A DNA stretch of 63,494 nt, counting the filler. It is 7 parts of 7 records of this genome, joined end to end, with 100 filler letters (N's around TTAATTAATTAA, not from the genome) between each part and the next. Parts side by side here need not be neighbours in the genome. Positions count along the whole stretch, not along the records: positions 1 to 15,858 come from SRR31147125_7363; positions 15,959 to 22,676 come from SRR31147125_7373; 5 more parts are not named here. One strand, 5' to 3'. Numbering within the stretch: the stretch's first letter is position 1; every line of letters begins with the position of its first letter. The position numbers and the translations under genes were made by a program. Below the pieces are notes generated by a model. That model was not told the DNA's origin, did not search any database, and saw only the letters and a program-made list of their open reading frames with translations. Shown here piece after piece: positions 10,206-20,809 of this stretch.

Positions 10206-10982
10206 TTATTTCGTTTCTGTTCTCTTTGCAACCAAGGCAGCTCCAAGAGCACCGCTAAACTGGGGTTTATCCAAAACTTTGATATTTTTACCCAAATACT
10301 TTTCCAACTCTTTGATAAAAACTCTGTTCTGAGAAACGCCGCCAGTCATATAAAAAGGCCCAACTCCTTCAACCTTTTTCGAAATCAGAGTTGTTCGCTC
10401 TGCAATTGTCCTATACAAACCCAAAGCAATTTCTTCTTTTGACTTTCCAGAGGCAATCAAAGGAGCGACATCAGTTTCAGAACAGACACTTGTGACTTGA
10501 GATTCTTCCTTGTTCTTTAATGCCAATTCAGACAACTCTTTGAAACTCATCTTAAACTGCGCAGCAATCAACTCAACAAGATTTCCAGCTCCTTTTGTCA
10601 AATGATCATTCATTGCAAAACTCAAGATCGCTCCATTTTTGTCAATCTTAATCACTTTCGTGTCATTTTTCCCAATCTCAATGACAGTTCCAGCATCTTT
10701 TGAATAGTGATGAGCGCCAAGAGCATGACAAGTGATATCTGTTACAGAGTCATCTATACCCATAATCTGGCTTCTACCCTTCCCAGTGGAAATCGCTCTA
10801 AACTTTTCTTCCCCCGAAAAAGCCTTCTTTTCCTTCAACTGTCCGACCAAAAACTTGGCTGTCTCCCTGGCCGATTTACCAGTATCTGCAATCAATCGCT
10901 CAACAAGATTATCGTTCTCATCAATACAGACCAATTTAGTGGCATATGAGCCACTATCAATACCCAAGTAGAACTTCTTCAT
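10206..10982 (-). CDS. BadF/HgdC-family CoA-dehydratase activase-like ASKHA ATPase (degenerate)
   Basis: YLGIDSGS, DITCHALGA, TGGVSQN, PQFSGALGAAL; the canonical MNDKCAAGTG is replaced by MNDHLTKGAG. Confidence 0.75.
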   Translation of the reverse strand: MKKFYLGIDSGSYATKLVCIDENDNLVERLIADTGKSARETAKFLVGQLKEKKAFSGEEKFRAISTGKGRSQIMGIDDSVTDITCHALGAHHYSKDAGTVIEIGKNDTKVIKIDKNGAILSFAMNDHLTKGAGNLVELIAAQFKMSFKELSELALKNKEESQVTSVCSETDVAPLIASGKSKEEIALGLYRTIAERTTLISKKVEGVGPFYMTGGVSQNRVFIKELEKYLGKNIKVLDKPQFSGALGAALVAKRTETK

Positions 10983-11214
10983 TGAAAACCAACTTTCTCC
11001 AACAGGCAATTTGAACTTCAGATATAATCCAAGAGGACACTAATAGAGCTTTTAAGCCGACAAATCAATGATTAATTGGGAGAATATCAGGCTATTTTAC
11101 AAAATCCATAACCCTTTCAGACAGTGAAAATGTTAAGAGAAACTAGTATCAAAAAACAATCGCTTTTTAATAAAATCCCTGTTATTTCACCATCTCATTT
11201 CAAAAAGGACAAAA

Positions 11215-12456
11215 ATGGAAACGACTAAGCAAAGAAATTACTTTATTCAATTTATCTATCTTCTATCCGCCGCATTCTTCGGACTTGTCAGTTATCCTTT
11301 AACAAGAACTTCAGCAGCACCCTATTTCAACGAGGCATTTGGTTCCGAGAACCTTTCATATGCAATGATAGCGTCAGCCTTGCTTGCCATTTTTGTTGTT
11401 ACGATCTACAACCGCCTTGCAAAGAAGTTCAAGTTAATCCCTCTATGTATTGGTGCAATGCTGGTCATAATCGCGATCACTGTCGCATTTGGCTTCCTCA
11501 TGGGAGACCACCCAAAATGGATGGCACTACTCTACTATGCGTGGTCGGATGTCTATATATTGATCTTGGTTGAGCAATTCTGGAGCATCTCAAATACAAT
11601 ATTCGATAAAAAATCAGCAAAAAAATATTATGGGATTCTTTTAACAGGTGGTTCTTTGGGAAGCCTAGTTGGAAATGCGTTAGTCACGAAACTTGTTGAA
11701 CCAATAGGTGCAGACAACATGATCTTTCTCTGCGCCCTCTTTCTTGGTCTTTTTGTACTCTTTATTGCACTTTTTAATAAATCAATTTCTAAAGAGACTG
11801 AACTAAAAGCTAAATTCAGAATAGAAAAAGATCTCGCAGAACACTCAAAAGCAGGTGGGGCATCACTACTCATTAACAATAAATATGTCCTCTTAATAGC
11901 TTTTCTGGTTATTGCGGTTCAACTCTATATCAACAGTGTCTACTTTATCTTCAATCGTTATCTAGATGCGAATATTCACCATGTTAATATGCAAAGTGCT
12001 TTATACGGAAAGGCTTTTCTAATCATACAAGTTGTAACAATTATAATGAGTGTGGTCATCACTCCACTGGCTTTAAGATTTTTGGATGTTGCCAAGACCC
12101 ACTATGCAATTCTATTAACGACTTTAGGGCTTCTCGTTGCAGCACTAATCAACCCAAGTCTGACATTGGTTGGTCTGCTATTCGTTGCAGCAAAGAGCTT
12201 TGACTATTCAATTTTTAGAGCTGCAAAAGAAATGTTTTACTTACCACTCCACGTTGCAGAAAAATTCCAGGCAAAAGCTTTTATCGACATTTTTGGATAT
12301 AGACTCTCTAAAGCAATTGCAGCGGTGGCAATTCTCCTGATCGGAAGAGTTTTCCAGTTAAACCTATTCTTCCTAGTGGCATTCAGCCTGGCACTCTGGA
12401 TAACAATCACAATTCTGATTTTGATCAGATACAAGAAAATCGATAAACCACTGTAA
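11215..12456 (+). CDS. NTT/TLC family nucleotide (ATP/ADP) transporter-like protein
   Basis: About 12 TM segments; QFWSISN...AKKYY and DYSIFRAAKEMFYLPL...KFQAKAFID family motifs. Confidence 0.75.
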   Translation: METTKQRNYFIQFIYLLSAAFFGLVSYPLTRTSAAPYFNEAFGSENLSYAMIASALLAIFVVTIYNRLAKKFKLIPLCIGAMLVIIAITVAFGFLMGDHPKWMALLYYAWSDVYILILVEQFWSISNTIFDKKSAKKYYGILLTGGSLGSLVGNALVTKLVEPIGADNMIFLCALFLGLFVLFIALFNKSISKETELKAKFRIEKDLAEHSKAGGASLLINNKYVLLIAFLVIAVQLYINSVYFIFNRYLDANIHHVNMQSALYGKAFLIIQVVTIIMSVVITPLALRFLDVAKTHYAILLTTLGLLVAALINPSLTLVGLLFVAAKSFDYSIFRAAKEMFYLPLHVAEKFQAKAFIDIFGYRLSKAIAAVAILLIGRVFQLNLFFLVAFSLALWITITILILIRYKKIDKPL

Positions 12457-12566
12457 ACCTTCAATTTATATGTCATTTTTTTGCCGCAAAGGGTAGAGTT
12501 ACACCCCTCTTCTCAATCTTAACTTATTGTAATTATTAGGCAATTCAACCGAATTATATGGTCTAA

Positions 12567-15125
12567 TTGTTGCTTAATAATCACATTCATATGATTACTA
12601 TAAAAAAATCACAATTGGCATTTTTCGCCTTTTTGCTACTATTTGTTTTTTCATGTAGTGGTTCCAACAACCCATTAACCCAATCAGATGATAATATTGA
12701 CTATCAAGCTACTGCTGACTCAGATGGTGACGGCATTGATGATAACAAGGACAACTGTCCTAATGCGTACAATGCAAACCAAGAAGATTTTGACCTTGAT
12801 GGAATTGGCAATGTTTGTGATTCAGAAGACAATCTTTTAAACACAACTAATGGTGAAGAATCAGAAAAGAATGATAAATATGAAGTAGATACCGAAGAGA
12901 CGAAAAACATTAACATCTCTCTTTTTGCAGGACGTTACACATGGATAGGCAACAAGAAGGGTGTAACCACAAACAAGTTCATAAGTGATTCAAATATATC
13001 TCTTTACGACTCAATGCTTTCAGAGTGGCCTGACGAACTTATCACAGATATTGCTTTTAGCCAAACCGATTCAAATACTCCTGCCAGAACATCTCGAATT
13101 TATGCAGTCGAATTTCACAAAAACTCTGAAACATCAAAAAAATATTTATATTTTCTACAAGGTAATTGTGGTCTAAAGCGCCTAAACATAGAAAGTGGAG
13201 AAATTCAATTCATCGCCATGAACACCTGCATAGGAGGCTCTGACGATGGCCTCGGCACCAATGCAACAATTAATTCAGCATACGATCTAGCAATAGCTGA
13301 CAGAGACTTCAACACCTTGGGAATTAAAAAGGGTGACATTTTGATTCCAACTCCAGGTGAACACTCTGTCAGGAAAGTACGAATTAGCGAAACTTCATCT
13401 GGCCCAGTCTCATTTGTAAGCACATTAAACCTACCACAAATAGAGTCTCCATACTTTCTTTCGTACAAAAACGGAAAAATATATCTTCTAACACAACCAA
13501 CTAGTAGTTCTTTTCAACTTTCATGTGAAACCCTTTTCACTATAAAAGAAGAAAACAACAAAGTTGTAGTTGAAGAACTGATAACCCAAAATGAATTACC
13601 TGCTCGATGTGGAGGTTTAGAAATAATAGAAAATACTGATCGTCCCTTTGATAATAACAGTAATATTGTTGATGGAAATAATATTTTTATCAGTGGGAGC
13701 AAAACTCTTGCTCACTTCAACGATGAGGGGACCTTACTAGGTAAATTCACTAGCGTAGAGATCCCCAATTATCCATCCAATCCCATAATCACTCCAAGTG
13801 GAGACGGAATAATCCTTGGTTATCGCAGAATTATCAAGGTTCCCTTTCCTATAAATGATCAAAGTAATTTTGAGGAAATTGCTGGGAGTAAAACTGAGTG
13901 GGATTGGCGAGAATTTGATATTTTATGGCCTACTCTAAAAACTTCTTCTGACGCAAGGTTTTGGTATATTCAATCACTAGCATTGGACCAGGATAATCCA
14001 AGCATCTACATTGCTGATGATATAGTAAGAAGAATCGATTTTACTGCAGGGCAAAAAAACATAGATAGTGAGCTTTGCGAACGATCACTCCCCGTTGTTG
14101 GGATTCCCAACATATCTTCATTTAAGAACTCAACTTTTGGTGACGGAACGGATCCATTTCAGGCCAGATTTGCACTTGCATACAGCCTAATGTATCATTC
14201 AGGCAGCAACGAAACAGCATCACTATTAATTGATGACCTCAACCATCACGCTCTCAGAAAAATTGATCTAGATCCTGAATCTTATAATTTTAAAAAGATT
14301 AATACTCCTCTGAAAGGAAGTGACTTTTCATATATCTACAACTCCTCCATTGACTCAAATGGAGACCTTTATTTCATGAAGGCAGTGGTCCCCAATAGCA
14401 TATTGAAGATGAGTGGCGACCCGCTAGGATTACATGGAGAAGCGAATCCAAATACAGAAATCGAAGTTTTCTTTTCTAATAGCGACGTTTCAAGCCTTCC
14501 ACTACAACAACCATTCTCACTCTCTGACTTCGCCATAATGAATGATTACATTTACATAACCGATTATAAGAATAATATTATTATCAGAACAGACCTACAA
14601 AAAAGCTTTATCGAGGTCTTTGCAGGACAAATCGGAATTTCCGGAAGTTCAGCTTTCAACACGGTAATACAGCCTCTTGAAGCACTATTTTTTAAACCCT
14701 CAATAATTAAAGCGATCGATGGAAAGCTTTACCTCGCAACAAATGGGACCTTCCAAATCAGCGTTATTGAATTCGCTGAGAATGGGTCTGCAACAATCAG
14801 AAATATCGCAGGTTGCGGTATATCTAAGCACGCAGATGGTATAGGTTCAGATGGCTGTTTTCATACAATTACAGATTTTTCATTACTAAATAATGAATTA
14901 ATTATTGTTGATGCTAGTGACAGGACAGTAAGAAGTCTTAACCTTAACTCACTAGAACTTAAAACAATCGCAGGATATCCAGGAAGATATTATTACGAAG
15001 ACGGAATAGCAAGCCAAGCAGGTTTTGTCCTACCAAGCTCAATTGTTTGCATACCAGAAATGGAAGGATGTTTTATCGGTGAACAAAATGCGATCAGACG
15101 AATTGATATTTTCAATGTGGAATAA
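12567..15125 (+). CDS. Lipoprotein with thrombospondin type-3 repeat and NHL-like beta-propeller repeats
   Basis: Lipobox FVFSC; DSDGDGIDDNKDNCP...DGIGNVCD; repeated IAG...DG.G..A.F motifs; the real start may be the ATG at 12591. Confidence 0.7.
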   Translation: MLLNNHIHMITIKKSQLAFFAFLLLFVFSCSGSNNPLTQSDDNIDYQATADSDGDGIDDNKDNCPNAYNANQEDFDLDGIGNVCDSEDNLLNTTNGEESEKNDKYEVDTEETKNINISLFAGRYTWIGNKKGVTTNKFISDSNISLYDSMLSEWPDELITDIAFSQTDSNTPARTSRIYAVEFHKNSETSKKYLYFLQGNCGLKRLNIESGEIQFIAMNTCIGGSDDGLGTNATINSAYDLAIADRDFNTLGIKKGDILIPTPGEHSVRKVRISETSSGPVSFVSTLNLPQIESPYFLSYKNGKIYLLTQPTSSSFQLSCETLFTIKEENNKVVVEELITQNELPARCGGLEIIENTDRPFDNNSNIVDGNNIFISGSKTLAHFNDEGTLLGKFTSVEIPNYPSNPIITPSGDGIILGYRRIIKVPFPINDQSNFEEIAGSKTEWDWREFDILWPTLKTSSDARFWYIQSLALDQDNPSIYIADDIVRRIDFTAGQKNIDSELCERSLPVVGIPNISSFKNSTFGDGTDPFQARFALAYSLMYHSGSNETASLLIDDLNHHALRKIDLDPESYNFKKINTPLKGSDFSYIYNSSIDSNGDLYFMKAVVPNSILKMSGDPLGLHGEANPNTEIEVFFSNSDVSSLPLQQPFSLSDFAIMNDYIYITDYKNNIIIRTDLQKSFIEVFAGQIGISGSSAFNTVIQPLEALFFKPSIIKAIDGKLYLATNGTFQISVIEFAENGSATIRNIAGCGISKHADGIGSDGCFHTITDFSLLNNELIIVDASDRTVRSLNLNSLELKTIAGYPGRYYYEDGIASQAGFVLPSSIVCIPEMEGCFIGEQNAIRRIDIFNVE

Positions 15126-15166
15126 CTTCTGAAACAGAATGTGATAACTGTTGATACCTAATGTTG

Positions 15167-15646
15167 CTAATAACCCGCTCTATTAATAAAAAGTCGATTT
15201 ACGAGAAGTGTTCCAAGTTTTCCTAGGTCTATACTAATGCCCGCTTCTGTTATAGGGTCAACACCAGCGTAATAGCCAATGTCAAAGTTTATTGAAAATA
15301 TAGAGTGCCAAATTCCAACTCCAATAAATGTTTCAACACCGGCAGCGACATCATCTGGTTTTTTGAAAAAGAAGCCTCCTTTGAGACCTCCAAACACATC
15401 CATACCGACTGTGCCAAAACGATATCCTATTCCAAAATTGATCGTGTGGGGATTACTGTCTTTTAAAGCAAAATCCGCGACAAACAGGGAGTGACTAGCA
15501 GTCCCCCTTTCCTCAGTATGGCGAGCTAGAAGATCATATCCTACTCGTCCACCGTAAGTCATTCCAGCAGACCCATAATTTATATAAGGCTCAACTCGCA
15601 ATGAAGAATAACCACCACCCATAAACACAACCTCCGATACATACAC
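15167..15646 (-). CDS. Hypothetical protein, outer-membrane beta-strand-like
   Basis: Gly/aromatic alternating strands (FGIGYRF, FDIGYY); start codon uncertain. Confidence 0.45.
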   Translation of the reverse strand: MYVSEVVFMGGGYSSLRVEPYINYGSAGMTYGGRVGYDLLARHTEERGTASHSLFVADFALKDSNPHTINFGIGYRFGTVGMDVFGGLKGGFFFKKPDDVAAGVETFIGVGIWHSIFSINFDIGYYAGVDPITEAGISIDLGKLGTLLVNRLFINRAGY

Positions 15647-15832
15647 ATTATGCGACTAGAAGGTTTTATGCAAGTCCTTTTGAAAAAGGTTACTCTGTCA
15701 TCCTTGTGAATCTGCCCTCTGCTGTCCGGTTAATATTAGCTAGAACTCTATAAACTTATCGTAGATGTTGTATTTCATAAGAATTGATCTAGTTGAAACA
15801 TAGAAACAAGACGTTAATTGTTTACAAGTATT

Positions 15833-15858
15833 GTCATTGCGAGCGAAGCGCGGCAATC
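15833..15858 (+). repeat. REP-like element GTCATTGCGAGCGAAGCGCGGCAATC at contig end
   Basis: Widespread ATTGC...GCAAT palindromic repeat type; it coincides with the assembly break. Confidence 0.5.
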
Positions 15859-15958
15859 NNNNNNNNNNNNNNNNNNNNNNNNNNNNNNNNNNNNNNNNNN
15901 NNTTAATTAATTAANNNNNNNNNNNNNNNNNNNNNNNNNNNNNNNNNNNNNNNNNNNN
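15859..15958. other. Artificial contig spacer
   Basis: N44-TTAATTAATTAA-N44 (stops in all six frames). Confidence 0.99.
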
Positions 15959-17401
15959 ACCCTGCGGGCGGGTGAGATACATGCACTTATGGGTGAGAAC
16001 GGGGCTGGGAAATCTACGCTTATCAAGGTTATCACCGGTGTGTATCAGCGTGACGGCGGGAGTGTGAAGCTATTTGAGGATGAGGTCTATCCTGCTTCTG
16101 TGCTGGAGGCGGAGAGCTATGGTATCAGTACGGTTTTTCAGGAGGTCAATCTGGTGCGTAATCTTTCGGTGGCTGAGAATATTCTGCTCGGTCGTCAGCC
16201 AAAGAAGTATGGCTGTCTTGACTGGAAAGAGATAAATGCTCATGCCAGACGTGCGCTTGCCAGGCTCGGTATTGCCGATCTTGATGTAACGATGGCGTTA
16301 TCGGAGTGTTCTATGGCAGTTCAGCAGATGGTTGCGATTGCTAGAGCGCTGGATATTGATGCGAAGATTCTGATTCTGGATGAGCCTACATCGAGTCTGG
16401 ATGAGAAGGAAGTGGAAGCATTGTTTGCTGTGATGAAAAAGTTGAGAGATGAGGGTCTGGGGATTGTCTTTGTTACGCATTTTCTCGGACAGGTCTATCA
16501 GGTATGTGACAGGATTACTGTGTTGCGTAATGGCAGTTATGTCGGTGATTATGATATAAAGGAGTTGCCGAAGATCAAACTTATCTCGAAGATGCTCGGT
16601 AAGGATACGGCTGAGATTGAAAGTCTTGTGCTCAAGGGGCGTGAGCGGGATCTGTCTGGGGCTGAAGAGTTTCTGTGTGCTGCCGGGCTTGGGCGTACAG
16701 GAGCGATTGAACCGCTGGATGTTACGATAAAAAAAGGTGAGATTGTCGGTTTTGCCGGGCTGCTTGGTTCGGGGAGGACTGAGTCGGCGAGGCTGCTCTT
16801 CGGGGCTGACAGCAGGACTTCTGGAAGTGTGAAGGTTGTTGGGAGAGAAGTAGGTCTTGATTCACCGCAGGAGGCTATCAGTAACGGTATTGGGTTTTGC
16901 TCTGAAGACCGTAAAGGAGAAGGGATTATCCCTAATTTGTCGGTGCGGGAGAATATTGTGTTGGCGCTGCAGGCAAAGAGAGGGGCTCTGCGTAAGCTGA
17001 AGAATTCAGAGCAGAATACTCTTGCTGCTAATTATATCAACGCTCTGAAAATCAAGACACCTTCGGCTGATACTCCGATAAAGAATCTCTCTGGCGGGAA
17101 TCAGCAGAAAGTGCTCCTTGCACGCTGGCTGGCGATTCAGCCGGAACTGATCATCCTTGATGAGCCTACTCGTGGTATTGATATCGGTGCAAAAGCCGAG
17201 ATTGAAAAGTTGATCAACAAACTGAGTGATGAAGGGGTGGCTGTACTCTTTATCTCTTCCGAGCTGGAGGAGGTGGTGAGGATTTGTGACAGGATTAATG
17301 TGTTGCGTGATAGAAAGAAGGTTGGTGAGCTTGTGGGTGAGCAGATAGATGAGCAGCGGATAATGCGGGTTATTGCTGAAGTGCAGGAGGAGAGGGTATG
17401 A
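15959..17401 (+). CDS. ytfR: Sugar ABC transporter ATP-binding protein, YtfR-like (5' truncated)
   Basis: GENGAGKS, LDEPT twice, LSGGNQQK; the frame is open from the contig edge. Confidence 0.85.
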   Translation, partial: TLRAGEIHALMGENGAGKSTLIKVITGVYQRDGGSVKLFEDEVYPASVLEAESYGISTVFQEVNLVRNLSVAENILLGRQPKKYGCLDWKEINAHARRALARLGIADLDVTMALSECSMAVQQMVAIARALDIDAKILILDEPTSSLDEKEVEALFAVMKKLRDEGLGIVFVTHFLGQVYQVCDRITVLRNGSYVGDYDIKELPKIKLISKMLGKDTAEIESLVLKGRERDLSGAEEFLCAAGLGRTGAIEPLDVTIKKGEIVGFAGLLGSGRTESARLLFGADSRTSGSVKVVGREVGLDSPQEAISNGIGFCSEDRKGEGIIPNLSVRENIVLALQAKRGALRKLKNSEQNTLAANYINALKIKTPSADTPIKNLSGGNQQKVLLARWLAIQPELIILDEPTRGIDIGAKAEIEKLINKLSDEGVAVLFISSELEEVVRICDRINVLRDRKKVGELVGEQIDEQRIMRVIAEVQEERV

Positions 17402-18399
17402 GTGTTGCCGGAAAGAAAGAGGCAAACAGGCTGCTCTGGCCGGTTGTCGGGCTGGTACTCCTCTTTCTCTTTAATGGAATATATGGTGAAGGGTTCTTTA
17501 AAATTGAGGTTATGAACGGTTACCTGTATGGAACAACTATTGATATTATCAATCAGGGTTCCAAGGTGATGCTGTTGGCGATCGGGATGACTCTGGTTAT
17601 TGCAACTGGCGGTATCGATCTTTCTGTCGGTTCGATTATGGCTGTGTCGGGTTCGATTGGAGCTTTGCTGGTCAATGAATCTGATTACTCCTTTGCTCTG
17701 ATAATAGTTATTGCTTTAGTGGTGACTACTCTGGTCGGGATGGTAAATGGTCTGCTGGTGGCGTATATCGGGCTGCAGCCGTTTGTGGCAACTCTTATCA
17801 TGATGGTGACGGCTCGTGGAGTTGCGCTGCTGATTACCAATGGATTTATCTATACTTTTGAGCATAAAGCTTTTGTTTTTCTCGGTAATGGGCACTTTCT
17901 GATGCTGCCGTTTACTCTGACAATTGTGTTGTTGGTGGCGATTACAACTGTATTTATTACCCGGAAGACAGCTGTCGGAGTCTTTATTGAGTCGGTTGGG
18001 GATAATGAGAAAGCCAGCAGGTTTGCGGGAATCAATACCAGAAGAATCAAGATGCTGGTCTATGGCTTCTCTGGATTCTGCGCTGGGATTGCCGGATTGG
18101 TCGCGACCTCAAATATCAAGGCGGCAGATACTATCAAACTTGGTGAGTTTATGGAGCTTGATGCGATCTTTGCTGTCGTGGTCGGTGGAACAGCTCTCAC
18201 CGGCGGTAAGTTCAGTATTGTCGGTTCACTGATCGGTGCTCTGCTGATTCAGACACTTACAACGACTATGTACTTCCTCGGAGTACCACCTGAGATTACT
18301 ACTGTGCCAAAGGCAATTGTGATTATTTTGGTATGTCTCTTGCAGTCGGAAGAGTTTAGGAAAATGGTAGTGGCTATAGTCAGGAGGTCTGAAGCGTAA
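17398..18399 (+). CDS. ytfT: Sugar ABC permease, YtfT-like
   Basis: GMTLVIATGGIDLSVG, ELDAIFAVVVGGT. Confidence 0.8.
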   Translation: MSVAGKKEANRLLWPVVGLVLLFLFNGIYGEGFFKIEVMNGYLYGTTIDIINQGSKVMLLAIGMTLVIATGGIDLSVGSIMAVSGSIGALLVNESDYSFALIIVIALVVTTLVGMVNGLLVAYIGLQPFVATLIMMVTARGVALLITNGFIYTFEHKAFVFLGNGHFLMLPFTLTIVLLVAITTVFITRKTAVGVFIESVGDNEKASRFAGINTRRIKMLVYGFSGFCAGIAGLVATSNIKAADTIKLGEFMELDAIFAVVVGGTALTGGKFSIVGSLIGALLIQTLTTTMYFLGVPPEITTVPKAIVIILVCLLQSEEFRKMVVAIVRRSEA

Positions 18400-19370
18400 T
18401 GAATGTGATTTTCAATAAAAAGTATCTTCCGCTCTTTGCAACTGCGGTCGTGCTGGTGATCTTATATACCATAGCATCTCTTTTGTATGATGGTTTTTTC
18501 TCTCTGCTGGTTATTACCAATATTATTACTGATAATGCCTATCTCGGAGTGATTGCTATAGGTATGACCTTTGTGATTCTGACTGGTGGTATTGATCTCT
18601 CTGTCGGGTCTGTCTTTGCCTTTTCTACAATTCTGATAGCTTCGATGGCGGAGCAGGGGTATAGCCCGTCATTGGCGATTCTGCTTGCTGTATTATTCGG
18701 CTTTATTTTCGGCTTATTGCAGGGGCTGCTTATTCATAAGTTCAAGATGCAGCCGTTTCTGGTAACTCTCGGCGGTATGTTCTTTGCCCGGGGTGCGGCA
18801 TTTATGGTAAGTATGGAGTCTATCGGTATTTTCAATAACTTTTATGACTGGGTGTTGGATGATCTCAATATCTGGATCAATGAAGAGGTCTTTCTGCCAG
18901 CAAGTACCTTGATCTTTGCTGTTGTCTTTTTTTCTGCACTCTATATTGCTCATCTCAGCCGCTTCGGCAGAAGTATTTATGCTATCGGCGGGAGTGAGGA
19001 TTCGGCACTGCTTATGGGGCTGCCTGTAGGGATTGTCAAAGTATTTGTATATGGGATATGCGGGATGAGTTCTGCTCTTGGTGGGGTGCTGTATACCTTC
19101 TTTACCGGTTCTGGAAACCCTTCTAACGGTGTCGGGCTGGAGCTGGATGTAATTGCGAGTGTGGTGATCGGGGGGACTCTGCTGACTGGTGGTGTTGGTT
19201 ATGTTGTCGGAACATTGATGGGTGTATTTATCTACGGGACTATTCAGTATGCGCTGATGTTTGACGGGAGGCTCAATTCGTGGTGGCTGCGTATCGCTAT
19301 CGGGGTGTTGCTCCTGATCTTTATTCTGCTGCAGCGGGTCTTGTCGAAGAATAATGAGTCGGATTTTTAA
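18399..19370 (+). CDS. yjfF: Sugar ABC permease, YjfF-like
   Basis: GMTFVILTGGIDLSVG, LVTLGGMFFARG, SWWLRIAIGVLL. Confidence 0.8.
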   Translation: MNVIFNKKYLPLFATAVVLVILYTIASLLYDGFFSLLVITNIITDNAYLGVIAIGMTFVILTGGIDLSVGSVFAFSTILIASMAEQGYSPSLAILLAVLFGFIFGLLQGLLIHKFKMQPFLVTLGGMFFARGAAFMVSMESIGIFNNFYDWVLDDLNIWINEEVFLPASTLIFAVVFFSALYIAHLSRFGRSIYAIGGSEDSALLMGLPVGIVKVFVYGICGMSSALGGVLYTFFTGSGNPSNGVGLELDVIASVVIGGTLLTGGVGYVVGTLMGVFIYGTIQYALMFDGRLNSWWLRIAIGVLLLIFILLQRVLSKNNESDF

Positions 19371-19485
19371 GAGTGCTCTCGTACTGAATTATAAAATTAA
19401 GTTTTTAATATATATGTATATGTTGTAGCGGAAATTGGTTTGTTTGTTCTTGTTTGTATTATTTTTATTGAAGGAGTAAATTATT

Positions 19486-20426
19486 ATGAGAAGTTTTGTA
19501 AAAACAATTATGCTCGGTCTTGCTGTTCTTCTTACCTGTTCGGTCGGTTATGCTAAACCGCTTACAGTCGGGTTCTCACAGATCGGGGCAGAAAGCTCAT
19601 GGCGTACGGCTGAGACAGAATCAGTCAAGGAGACGGCAAAAGAACGTGGCATCAACCTCAAGTTTTCTGATGGTCAGGGTAAGCAGGCAAATCAGATCAA
19701 GGCTTTGAGAGCATTTATTGCGCAGAAGGTTGATGCGATTATTCTTGCTCCTGTAGTTGAAACTGGCTGGGAGCCTGTTCTGAAGGCTGCTAAAAGAGCG
19801 CACATTCCTGTATTTCTGGCTGACCGTTCTATCAAAGTAAAAGACGACTCTCTCTACGTTACCCTTGTTGCTGGTGACTTTGTGCTTGAAGCAATCAATG
19901 CTGCAAAGTGGTTGATTGAAAAGACAGGCGGGAAAGCAAATATTATCGAACTACAGGGTACTCCCGGTTCATCTGCAGCTATTGATCGTAAAAAAGGTTT
20001 TGCAGATACTATCGCTGATCAGCCTGGCATGAAGATTATTGCTTCGCAGAGTGGTGACTTCCGTCGTTCAAAGGGTAAAGAAGTAATGGAAGCACTTCTC
20101 AAAGTCTATGATAATGTAGATGTAGTATTCGCACATAACGATGATATGGCTATCGGGGCTATTCAGGCTATTGAGGAAGCAGGCATGAAACCTGCAGAAG
20201 ACATTCTTCTTGTCTCTATCGATGGGGTAAGAGGAGCATTTGAAGCTATGGTTGCGGGTAAGCTCAACTGTACTGTTGAATGTAATCCTTTGCTCTCATC
20301 TCTGCTCTCTTTGATGCGATTGATGATCACCGTGCGGGTGAGAAGCTTCCTAAGAAGCTAGTCGTTGAGGAGGGTGTATTCCCAATGGAAACAGCTGCAG
20401 AGGTAATCGTTACTCGTAAATACTAA
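19486..20426 (+). pseudogene. ytfQ: Galactofuranose-type ABC substrate-binding protein (YtfQ-like), frameshifted near the C-terminus
   Basis: VGFSQIGAESSWR, AHNDDMAIGA. After CNPLL the homologous tail FDAIDDH...TRKY* continues in another frame to 20426; removing one CT from the CTCTCT tract at 20305-20310 restores it. May be a sequencing error. Confidence 0.75.
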
Positions 20427-20460
20427 GATTTAGTGTTATACCTGACACGACAAAGAAGTA

Positions 20461-20494
20461 AGAGGTAGACCGTCTTTACTGACGGTCTACCTCT
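20461..20494 (+). terminator. Intrinsic terminator
   Basis: AGAGGTAGACCGTC-TTTACT-GACGGTCTACCTCT perfect 14-bp stem followed by ATTTAT. Confidence 0.8.
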
Positions 20495-20571
20495 ATTTAT
20501 ATGAAAATATTATTGAGAAATGGTGGGAATATAATCGAAAATGATTGTAAATATCGAGATTGTGTGCTTGT

Positions 20572-20738
20572 TTGTGATTGTTTTGTGCTAAAAGATCAAA
20601 AATAATCACAAATTCACATTAATTTGATTGACAAAGCGAGTTTTATGGTGTAAATTATAAGTGTGATTGAAAATGATCATGTTTTTAGGCTGCTTTGAGT
20701 GCTAGTGGTTGAGATTATGTTTATTGTGATTGTTTTGT
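20572..20738 (+). promoter_or_regulatory. sigma70 promoter flanked by 15-bp direct repeats (candidate repressor operators)
   Basis: TTGACA 20628-33, 17 bp, TAAATT 20651-56; TTGTGATTGTTTTGT at 20572-86 and 20724-38. Confidence 0.55.
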
Positions 20739-20809
20739 AATTGAAATTGCTTGAGTTTTGTTGAATTACCGGTTTGCGTACTGGGTTGAGTTATTGAGGA
20801 GGATTTGTC

